In this document: piece after piece, positions 21,531 to 33,500 of the stretch
Numbering within the stretch: the stretch's first letter is position 1
Layout: the number at the start of each line of letters is the position of its first letter
DNA from: Mobula birostris
Lineage: Eukaryota
NCBI RefSeq assembly: GCF_030028105.1
Contig: NC_092380.1
Span: forward strand, 21,911,144-21,975,143
DNA: 64,000 bases
Direction: 5' to 3'
Made by a program: the position numbers and the translations under genes
The notes under the pieces: generated by a model
What the model was told of the DNA's origin: nothing
Databases searched by the model: none
What the model saw: only the letters and a program-made list of their open reading frames with translations

Positions 21531-24500
21531 CTAGAGGAGTAAGGGAGAAAGGAGAGGGAGAGTGGGGGAGAGAGGGAGGAGAGATAGAAGTGGGAGAGGG
21601 GAAGAGAGGTGGGGAGATGAGAGAGAGAAGAGAAGGTGCAGAGGGGATTGGGATGAATGGGAAATAGGTGGGGGTCAGAAAGAGAGGGAAGGGGGAGAAT
21701 TGGGAGAGGCAGAGCTCAGTGGGGAGAAAGAGATCATGGAAGGGGGAAGGGTTGGCAGCAGGGAGAGAAAGGTTTGGGAAAGAGGGAGGGAGAGGAGACA
21801 CACATTCATATTAGTGTTCTCTCCCGTCAAGACTCTGAGTCAGGACCCCTCTCGGGAAAACCCCCTCCCGCCTCCCACAGCCCCACCCACAGGCTGGTGA
21901 GCTGGTTTTGGGGATAAAGTCCTACGATCCAGAAGGGACCGACTCCACGGACTGGCCAAGAGCAGCTGGTGGGGAGGCAGCAGAGGAAGATCCCATCAAG
22001 CTGGGGAGGGGCAGGAAGGCAGGGGTGTGCACACAGAGGTAAGATATACTCACGTTCTCCGGAGACGTGGAGACTGGAAAACATCCTGTGGTGGCCGGAA
22101 TGTGGAGGAGTAAGGATGCAGGAGGGAGAGAGAGGGGGAAGATGGGGAAAGGGAGGGGGAAGGAGGGGAAGGGAGTGGGTAGAGGAAGGGAGTATGGGTG
22201 GGGAGAGAAAAGGAGACAAAAGGAGAGCGGGAGGAAGATGGGAGTGGGAAAAGGAAGGGGAGAAAGATGGGAGGGAGGAGAGGAAGGGGAAGGAGGGAAA
22301 GGAAGTGGGTAGAGGAAGGAGGGATGGGTATGAGGGAGGGGAGTGGGGGAAGGATGGGGGGAGAGAGGGGGAGAAGAAAAGGAAGAAAGAGGGGAGGAAG
22401 AACAGGGAGGGAGGGGGAAGTGTGGAGAGAGTGAAGGGGAGAGGAAGGAGAGAGGAGGGGAGGGAGGGGAAGGAGGGAAAGGAAGTGGTTAGAGGAAGGA
22501 GGGATGGGTATGAGGGAGGGAAGGAAGGGGAGTGGGGGAAGGATGGGGAGAGAGAGGGGGAGAAGAAAAGGAAGAAAGAGGGGAGGAAGAACAGGGAGGG
22601 AGGGGGAAGTGTGGAGAGAGTGAAGGGGAGAGGAAGGAGTGAGGAGGGGAGGGAGGTGAGAGAGAGGAGGAGAGGGAAGGGGAGATGGAGGAGGAGAGGG
22701 GAGATGGAGGAGGAGAGGGGAGATGGAGGAGTAGAGGGAAGGGGAGATGGAGGAGGACAGGGAAGGGGAGATAGAGGAGGAGAGGGAAGGGGAGATGGAG
22801 GAGGAGAGGGAAGGGGAGATGGAGAGGAGGGAGGTGAGAGAGAGGAGGAGAGGGAAGGGGAGATGGAGGAGGGGAGGGAAGGGGAGATGAAGGAGAAGAG
22901 GGAGGTGAGAGAGAGGAGGAGAGGGAAGGGGAGATGGAGGAGGGGAGGGAGGTGAGAGAGAGGAGGAGAGGGAAGGGGAGATGGAGGAGGGGAGGGAGGT
23001 GAGAGAGAGGAGGAGAGGGAAGGGGAGATGGAGGAGGAGAGGGAAGGGGAGATAGAGGAGGAGAGGGAAAGGGAGATAGAGGAGGAGAGGGAAGTGCAGA
23101 TGGAGGAGGAGAGGGAAGGGGAGATAGAGGAGGAGAGGGAAGGGGAGATAGAGGAGGAGAGGGAAGTGCAGATGGAGGAGGAGAGGGAAGGGGAGATAGA
23201 GGAGGAGAGGGAAGTGCAGATGGAGGAGGAGAGGGAGGTGAGAGAGAGGAGGAGAGGGAAGTGGAGATGGAGGAGGAAGAGATGGACAGGAAGGGAAGAG
23301 GAGGTGATGAGAGGTGAGGAGAGGTGGAAGGAGGGATGAGGGAGGGAGAGAGGAGGGGAGAAGTAGAGGGATGAGGACAGAGAGGGTGGAACAAAAGGTT
23401 AGAGTGAGTGCCTCCCCCTGATGACCTCCCACCACCCACCCTCACCCTGGTCCATCCCTCCCCCCCCCACCCTCATACTCCCTCGACCTCCATCCCTCCT
23501 TCCGAACAATCTCTGCCTCATCTGACTTGGGATAGGACCCAATGGGACCGCCTCTCCCTGGACAAGGAGGAGGTGAAGAGCTTGGTAACTTGTGCAGCCA
23601 CTTTCAAGGAGCTAGGGACTTGTCCAGAGGATCCTTGAGGTCCATCAACACTGTCCACTGTCCTACCACTGATTAGGGTCACACAGCAGATAACCAGGCC
23701 CTCTCGCCCAACTGGTCCATGCCAACCAAGACTTCCTTCCAAGCTGGTCCTATTTGTCCACATCTGGCCAAATCCCTCTACACCTTTCCTATCCACATGT
23801 TGTCCAAGTGTCTTTTAAATGGTGTTACTGTACCATCCTCTCTGGCAGCTCATTCCACATATGGACACCATCTGAATGAAAAGGTTGTCCCTCAAGTTCC
23901 TATTAAATGTCTTTCCTCTCACCTTAAACCTGCGCCCTCTAATTCTTGATTCCCCCTCCCCCCCACCCCAGCCCTAGGGAAAAAGACTTGTGTGCATTTG
24001 CTCTACTTTGGTCCCTCATGGCTTTATACACCTCTATAATGTCACCCTCGCACTCCAAGGAACAAAGTCTCTACCTGCCCAACCTTTCTGTATAACTCAG
24101 TCTCTCAAGTCCCAGCAACATCCTCAGAAATCTCCCTTGCACTCTTTCCAGATTAATATCTTCTTTTCCACACCAGGGTGACCAAACGGGAGGGAACATA
24201 ATACTCCCAAGTCAGGGACACAAGAGATTCTGCAGCTGCTGGAACTCATGAGTAGCATACACAAAATGCTGAAGGAACTCAGCAGGTCAGGCAGCATCGA
24301 CGGAGAGGAATAAGCAGTTGACATTTCAGGCCGAGACCCCTTACCAGAACTGGAAAGGAAGGGGCAGAACTCATTATAAGAGATTCTCCCCTCACCTTTT
24401 CTTGTTTTCACCCATTCTAGTGACCCTCTCACTCCTTTCTCTCTTCCGTTCTCACAACCTGGCCATCACCTTCTTCTGATTCCCACCTCCTTCCCTTTAT

Positions 24501-27500
24501 TCTAATGCCCACTGTCCTCTCCGATCAGATTCTTTCTTCTTTGGTTCTTTATTGCAATTGGTTTATTTTTGTCACCTATACTGAGATACAGTGAAAATGT
24601 TGTCTTGCAGACTGTTCATACAGATCAGATCATTACAGAGTGCACTGGAATAGAACAAGGTAAAACAGTAACACTGCAAAATAAAGTGTTACAGCTGCAG
24701 AGAAAGTGCAGTGCAGGTAAACAAACAAGGTGCAAAATCATAACAAACGTAGATTGTGAGGCCAAGGGTCCATCTCATTGTACAAGAGGTCTATTCAAGA
24801 GTCTGATAACGGCAGGGTAGAAGCTGTCCTTGAGCCTGGTGGGACGTGCTTCCAGGCTTTTGTATCTCCTGCTTGATGGGAGAGAGGCGAAGAGAGAATG
24901 TCCAGGGTGGGTGGGGTCTTTGATTAGTCTGGCAGCTTTACTGAGGCAGTGGGAAGTGTAGGTAGAGTTCATGGAGAGGAGGTTGGTTCCTGTGATGTGC
25001 CGGGTTGTGTCCGCTACTCTCCAGGGTTTCTTGTGCTCACGGTCAGAGCAGTTGCCGTACCAAGCCGTGATGCACCCTAACAGGATGCTTTTTATGGTGC
25101 ATCTGTAAAAATAGGTGAGGGTCAACCGGGACGTGCTGAATTCCTTCAGCCTCCTGAGGAAGTGGAGGCATTTGTGAGCCTCCTTGGCTGTGACATTAAC
25201 ATGGTTAGACCTGGAAAGGACATTGGTGATATTCACTCTTCGGAACTTGAAACTCTCAGCTCTCTCTATCTCAGCATAGTTGTAGATGTGTTCACTGCCC
25301 TCCTCCTACCACTTCACCCATCACTCCCAACTTCTCACATCATCTCCCTCCTCTGTCACCCAGTACACCTTCCCCCCTCCTCCACCCCGAACTCACCTAT
25401 CACTTGCCAGCTGTACTCCTCTTCCTCACCCCACCTATTTATTCTAGTATCTGCCCCCTTCCTTTCCAGTCCTGATGAAGGGTCTAGGTCCAAGTTGTCA
25501 ACTGTTTACTCCCCTCCATATACGCCGCCTGACCTGCTGAATTCCTATAGTATTGTGTGTGTGTGTGTGTGTGTGTGTGTTTCTCTTAGTTCCCTCTTTT
25601 TGGCTTCTTTATAATCCTCAAATGGTTCTGTTTGATATTGACTTTCTAAACCTTATGGACACTTCCTTTTTCACTTTTTGACTAAACTCACCACCTATTC
25701 TGACATTCGAAGTTTTCTTACCATGTCATCCTTGTCCTCCCTTCTTACTGGAACACACCTGTCGCGTACTCTGTGCAGTTGGTCTTTAAACCACCCTCCA
25801 CATGTCAGATAAAGACTTGCCCAAAAGCAGCTGTTCCCAATTAACTTCCCCTAATTCCTGTCCAATACTCACATAATTTGCCCTGTTCCAATTTAATATT
25901 CTTTTTCAAAGTCCATACATATCTGCATCTACATACATAAAAACTTAATGAGTTATGATCACTGTTCACTATCTGCTCCCCCACTGAAAGGTCAGTCATC
26001 TGGCCAGGCTCAGTATGGTTCTTCCTCTCATTGGGCTAGCTACGTACTGATTTAGGATACCCTCCTGGATGCACCTAACAAATTCTGCCCCATCTAAACC
26101 ACTTGGGCAATAGTCCAAGTGCAGCCTCTCTCCCAAACTCAGTGCTCTTTCCAGTTTCCAAACTTCAGTGTGCTGATGTATGGAGTGGTCTGTCAAGACA
26201 GTATGCAGACAAAGACTTTTTGTTGTATCCCAGACAATAACAGACCAGTCAAGGTGGACAGTATCTGAACTTGTTGCATCCTAGTCTGGTATGGAAACAC
26301 CAATGCGGGAATGGCAAAGGCTACAGAGAATTTCCTTGCAGGAAAGGTTGTTAGTGCTGCTCCGGGGGTTAAACTAGAGTTGCAGGGGGATGGGACCCAG
26401 AGTGCCAGGGCAGCTAGTGGAGTGTTTGCAGGGGAAGTAGATATTAAACCTACATACAAAGACAGGAATCAAAACTAATGTTCTGAGTCACATTTATTTC
26501 AATGCAAGGAGTGTGGTAGCTAAGGCAGATGAACAAAGAACACGGATCAGCACGTGGAATTATGACGGTGTAGCTATTAGTGAGACCTGGTTGCAGGAGG
26601 GACACAACTGGCAGCTTGGTGTTCCAGGGTTAGATGTGACAGAGCGAGGGGGATTAAAGAGGGAGGGTAGCGTTACTAGTCAGTGAAGTGCTCCAACAGG
26701 ACATACTGAAGTGCTCATCTACTGAGGCCCTTGTTAAGGGGGAGGAGGTGGGGCATGGTAAATATGGGCAGGGAGGAACAAATGAGGCACTTGAAGAGTT
26801 TAAGAAATGCAAGAGAACACTTAAGAAGGAAAACAGGATTAAAAGAAAGCATGAGGTTGCTCTGCCAGACAAGGTGAAGGAGAATCCCAAGGGCTTCTAC
26901 AGATACATTAAGAGTAAAGAGGATTGCAAGGGTCAAAATTGGTCCACTTGAAGATCAGTGTGGTCATCTATTCATAGAGCCAAAGGGATGGGGAGATCTT
27001 AAATCATTTATTTTTGTATCTGCATTCACTCGGGAGATGGACACAGAGTCTATAGAACTGAGGCAAAACAATAGCGAGGTCATGGATTGTATACAGATCA
27101 CAGACGAGGAAGTGCTTAGCATGGATAAATCCCCAGGCCCTGACAAGGTCTCCCCTCAGACGCTGTGGGAGGCTACTACAGAAATTGTGGGGGACTTGGC
27201 AGAGATATTTAAAACATACTTCACAACAGGTGAGGTGCTGGAGGATGGGAGGATAGCTAATGCTGTTTCCTAGTTCAAGAAAGACTCTAAGAATAAGCCA
27301 AGAAATTATAGGCCAGTGAGCCTGGCATCAGTAATGAGTAAGTCACTGGAAAGTATTCTAAAAGACCGGATACATAAGTATTTAGATAGACAGGGACTGA
27401 TTAGGGATAGTCAACATGATTTAGATTGTGTCTAGCCAATCTTATAGAGATTTTCAAGGAGGTTACCAGGAAAGTCGATGAAGGTAAGGCAGTGGATGTA

Positions 27501-30500
27501 GTCTCCATGGACTTCAGCAAGGCTCTAACAAAGTCCCTCAAGTGAGACTGGTCCTGAGGACTCAGCCACTTGCATTCTGATGGGAAGGAAAACAAGATCT
27601 CGTAGGGGAACTGCAAAACGACACGCGTCACTCTATCCGTGATTTAATGGTACTCCCAATTGTTTGTGATTCATTTAGGATTCTCAGGACACCAGCTGGA
27701 TTCCAGCAAAGGAGCCTATTAAACAAGTCACGCATTAGTAAGATGTGCACTGTTCAGATAAATGCCCATTGTTTTAAATAACCTGTCTGGCCAGAACGGT
27801 AGGCATGCACACATCAGAGCTTCAATGGTGTAGGTCAACACTTCCATAAACGATTAATTTCCTCTAGTGGCTGCAACTACTAATTGGGATACAGGCTCAG
27901 TTCTGGGATATTAACTGTGTATGTGTGTAGGGAGGGAAGAACAGAGCTTGTTTCGTCGTTGTTGCCTGGTATACTCTGTATTATTATGCCAAGCGTTGCG
28001 GGCATGCTGTGTTGGTGACAGAATGTGTGGTGACACTTGTGGGCTGCCCCAGCATTCAAGGTACTGAGTGAGGGAGTTTGGATGTTAAACTGCAGTTGTA
28101 TAAGATGTTGGTGAGGTCAAATTTGGAGTATTATGAGCAATTCGGGTTATCTATCTACAGGAAAGGTGTCAATAAGAATGAAATAATAAAGAGAAAATTT
28201 GCAAAAATGTTGCCAAGACTTGAGGACCTGAGTTATCGGGAAAAGTTGAACAGGTTAGGAATTTATCCCCTGGAGTGTAGGGAATGAGGGGAGATGTGAT
28301 AGAGATATACAAAATGATGAGGGGTATAGATAGGGGTAAATCCAAGCAGACTTTTTCCTGCTGAGGTTGGACGAGTCTAGTACGAGATGTCATAGGTTAG
28401 AGGTGAAAGGTGAAATATGTAAGAGAAATCTGTGGGGGAACTTGTCACTCAGAAAGTGGTGAGAGAGTGGAATGAGCTGCCAGTGGAAGTGGTGGATGCG
28501 GGATTGATTGCAACATTTAAGAATTTTGGATAAGTACGTGGATGGGAGAGATATGGAGGGTTATGGTCCAGGCCGGGTCGATGGGACTAAGCAGAATTAC
28601 AATTCGACATGGACTAGATGGCCAAAGGGCCTGTTTCTGTGCTGTAGGGCTCTATGATTCTTAAGTGGTGGATACAGTCCAGTTCATCACAGGCAAAGTC
28701 CTCTCCACCATTGAATACCTCTACAAGGAGCCCAGCCACAAGAAAGCAGCATGCATTCATCATCAAGGACCCCCACCATCCAGGCCACGTCCTCTTCTTG
28801 CTACTACCATCGTCAGAGATACAGAAGCCTTCGGTCCCACACCACCAGGTTCAGGAACTGTGACAACCTTACAACCATCAGTCCCCTGAACTGGCATGGA
28901 TAACTTCACTCACCTCTACCCTGAACCGATTCTACAACTTACAGACTCACTTTTCAGGACTCTTTACACCTCATGTTCTCAGTTTTACTTTATTGTACAC
29001 AGTTTGTCTCGTTTTGCATATTTGCTTGTCGGTCTTCAGCTGTTTATGTATAGATTTTCGTAAAATCTATTGTATTTCTTTTTTTCACATAAATGTCTAA
29101 AGGTAAATAATCTCAATGTATATGGTAAAATACATGTATTTTGCTCATAAATTTACTTTGAACTTGAACTTTAAGACACTAATGAATACAAGGCCAGTGG
29201 ACGATCTGACCAGCAGCGGGGTCACAGGGACACGTCCCACCTCTGCCGGGACCCAACTGCCCCAGCCTCCCTGCCTTGGCCCAGGCTTCCCTCACCTTAT
29301 AGTTCCCCCATTATCACGCACGCTGTCCACCAGTTTGACATAGCGATTTCGCTGTGCGATGTCTTGGCTCCTGTTGAAGGGGAAGAAAGAGGAAGAGTAG
29401 TCTTCATGTTTCTGGCCTCAGTATCCTCCTGAGACATGTGCTCACACGTTTCCCATCTCAGTATCCCCTGGGTCAGACCCACACTGGGATCACCGTGCAC
29501 AGTTCCTGCCTCTGTATCTCCTGGGTCAGACCCACACCGGGATCACCGTGCACAGTTCCTGTCCCTGTATCCTCCAGGTCAGACCCACACCAGAATCACC
29601 ATGCACAGTTCCTGTCTCTGTATTCCTCTGGGTCAGACCCCCCCACCCCTCACCAGGATATGTGGGCGCAGTTCCTGTCTCCATATTCCCCTGGGTCAGA
29701 CCCACACCGGGATCACCATGCACAGCTCCTGTCTCTGTATTCCTCTGGGTCAGACCCACTGCGGGATCACCGGCATGGTTCTGGTACTAGAACATCAAAC
29801 AACAGAGGAACAGAGACTTCGGTATACAAGGGTATGACACACACAGTGAATAGTGGGGATTATTGAGAAACAGAGAGACCTCGGTATACAAGGGTTAGAC
29901 ACGCCTTGAATGGTGGAGAGTAACGAGGGACAGAGGGAGTTCAGTGTATGAGGGTAGGACACACCGTGAATGGTGAGGAGTGTTGAGGGACAGAGGGTAG
30001 GACATACATCATGAATGGGATGGAGGGACCTCGCTGTACACAAGCAGGGGGGAAAGAGCAGGGAGGGTAAGGCGGGATTGGTGGGTTAGTGAAAAGTATT
30101 CCAATTATGTAGAGTTGCCGGGAATCTGGATTCATTCCAAATCTGGGACGCAAGAGGGAGGGATGGGAGACAATTTGAGCCCAGGCACAGAAAATTCCCT
30201 GGCAGGGAGACATGAAAGGCAAGAGGGATCAAAGGTACTCATCTAGGCCCGACAAGCACAACTCAACAGTGGTTAGCTCAGCAGACTGGGACACGGGAAG
30301 GAGGGAGTGTGTGAGACAGAGAAAGGGAGGGAGAGAGAGATGGAGTGATGGAGAGGGGGAGACAGAGTGAGGGGGAGGGGGAGGGGTAGACAGAGAGAGA
30401 GTGTGTGAGTGTGTCAGGGAGGGAAAGGGAGAGTCAGAGAGACAGTGGTGTGACAGGAGGGGTTAGAGACGGAGGGATGGTGGGAATGGGATTGTGGAGG

Positions 30501-33500
30501 GCTTAGAGACGGAGGGATGGTGGGAATGGGATTGTGGAGGGCTCAGAGAGGGGGAAAAGAGGAAGGGTGGGATGGATGGGAGGGAGGAGAAAGACCTCAC
30601 CTTCCACAACTCCTCCCTCTTCTCCTGGGACCAGCCACCTCCTTCAGTCACTTGTGGAATTCTGCTGTGCGCTCGCCCCAGGTCCACTGTGGGGGGAGAG
30701 AGGCAGGGTGCAGGCGGCATGGTGGGAGAAGTTCTTTTCCCTCTCATGGAAGGCCAGGAGTGATCTGGGCAAATTACACTCACCCACCCCAACCCCGCAA
30801 CTGAGAGGGGAACGGGAGTGAGAGGTGAACTCACCTGAAGAGACTGTCGGAAATGAGGAGGGTTTCCACAGCCAGGGCCTCGTTTGCCTTCTCCACTTGC
30901 TTCACCCTGGGGCAGGGGTCAGAATTCATGCATTAACACCATGGAAGCAGGTCCTTCTGCCAACTCCTGACCCTTGTGCTCTCCCGAGCTGCTCCCACCT
31001 GCCTGTATTTAGCCCACCTTTCCTGTCCGTGCTTGTTTTGTGTCTTTTAATTGTAGCCGCCTATCCACTTCTGTGGCAGCTCATTCCATATGTCACTGCC
31101 TCCTACATGGGAAAAGCCTGCATTTTTCCACCTTTCCTCTCTCACCTTAAACCTGTACTTTGTTCTCAAGTTCGACCTTCCTAGGTAAATCACTTCACAC
31201 TTTTCCAGGTTGAACTCCATCTGCCACTTCTGTGTCCTGTCAATGCCCCACTGTAACCTACAAAGACCATCTACCTTCCACAAGGTCCACAACACCACGG
31301 TTTTAGTTTTGTTACTTTTGACACCCTTCACCACAGAACCGATTACCAAAATTAACATCTGCACCAACAGTAAACCCTGGTTAGTGAGATCACACTGTCC
31401 CATCACACACTCCTGGGGTCAGTCACAGGCTATGTCCACACTACGCCGGATAATTTTGAAAACGCCAGTTTCGAGTAAAAATGACAGGCGTCCACACTAA
31501 GCGTTTTTCAAAATATCTCTGTCCACATTAGACGGATATTTGGGCAAATCTCCTCTTACTGGGCATGCGCAGGGCACACAGCAAACAAGCGAAGAGGAAA
31601 TGGTATAGCTGGTGCACGTTTGTCCAGTTACAGAGTAGAAAAACTTCAAAGGAATTGCTCTTGGCTCTCGCGCAGAAGGATTTAAGACTAAAAAAAACAA
31701 ATACTGGAGCGTATGGAGGCAACTGACAGGGAGTTCACGGGCAGTATGACCCGGCTGACGACGAACATTGAAAAACTGACTAACTCTGTTGCATTAATAA
31801 AGCACCTTGTTAAATGTATAAAACATGTCTGCATCAGTGTTATCTTGTATTTCCATACGATGTTACATTCGGCTGTTACACATCGATTGTCAGAGAAGTA
31901 CAGTACTTGCATAAATAGGTAAACCACCTTGGTTCTTGATCCTCCAAAATATTCTGCATGGAATTTAAACTGGAGGTGGCGGAGGGTGTTTTCTGTCCTT
32001 ACCTTCATACAAGCAAGGACAGAAAACAGGGCAAAGTGAGTATACTTATTCATTCAGTAAGCTATGGGTCGAAGTATTTGGTGAGTACATTTCTAACTCT
32101 TCTGGCTTCAGTCTCGTTGCCGTCTGTTCTAAAATTGTTAGGTTCTGCGAAGCACAGAATCAAATATCGCTGTGATGATTGTACGCTCTAATATCAATCT
32201 TTGGCGACAATAAAGTAGTAATAATAAGAAGAAGAATAATAAGAACAATGAAATGCCGGGCTGCCACCATCTGTTCCAGCACGTCATGACAGCTGTTTTA
32301 AAAAGCTCCGGTTACCCCGTACACACTGCAACAGATATTAGGTGTTTTCAGATTTATTCACTCTGGAGACCGTTTCTGAAAATCTCCGTTTTCGGGGGCT
32401 AAAAACGCCGGTTCAGTGTGGATGGAGGATCAAAACGAAGAGAAAAAGCTTCGTTTTCAAAATTATCCGGCGTAGTGTGGACATAGCCACAGAGGGAAGC
32501 TCCCTCCTCACTGTCCCATCAGGCACTCCTGGATCAGACACAGAGTGAAGTTCCTCCACACCATCCCATCACACACTCCCAGGATCAATCACAGAGGGAA
32601 GCTCCCTCCTCACCATCCTATTGCATACTCACAGGGACAGACACAAAGTGAAGCTCCGTCACACCATCCCATCACACACTCCCTGGGGTCAGACACAGAG
32701 TGAAGCTCCCTCCTCACTGCCCCATCACACACTCCTGGGTCAAACACAGAGTGAAGTTCCTCCACACCATCCCATCACACACTCCCTGGGGTCAATCACA
32801 GAGTGAAGATGCCTCCATACTGTCCCATCATACATTCCTGAGGTTAGACGGAGTGAAGCTTCCACCACATTGTCCTATCACGGTGATAGCAAAGGGTTAA
32901 TGATCCTCCCACGATAATGAAGCAGCTGGGCAGAAATCCCCTGGTTCTTTCCCAGTATCTGGGAGGTTGCAAACTTCTGAAAACACACCTGGGCTTCTGA
33001 TTCTGTGCTGAGACACGCCCAGTGAGGCTGTGATTTAGGCAGAGAGGGAGGGGGTGGGAGAGAGGGAGGAGGAGTGGGGCAGTGAGGGGAGGGGTAGAGG
33101 GGGAGGGGGAGAGAGGGAATGGGGAGAGTGGGGTGGAGAGAGAGAGGGAGAGTGGGGAGAGAAGGGGAGGGGGAGTGGGGAGAGAAGGGAGGAATGGGGA
33201 GAGAAGGGGAGGGGAAATGGGGAGAGAAGGGGAGGGGAAATGGTGTGAGAAGGGGAGGAAGAGGGGGAGTTGGGAGAGAGGGAGGGTAAGGGAGAGAAAG
33301 AGGGAGAGAGGGAGGGGAAGGGAGAGAGAGAGGGGAGAGGGGCAAGTATTGGAGGGGGTGGAGCAGAGGGGGGGAGGGAGCTTCTGCCTCACACTCTCTT
33401 CCTCTCTTTATTTTCATCCCCCCACCTTACCCTTCTCTGCCCTTTTCAGTTGTCTCTCACCCACCCCACAGAATCCTCTTCCTCACCGCAAGGACTCCTC

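Noticed and set aside
21969-23445. Long ORFs of 318-461 aa (Glu/Arg/Gly- or Pro/Leu/Ser-rich)
   Set aside because: Translations of a GA/CT tract that cannot easily form stop codons; located in pelo intron 11.
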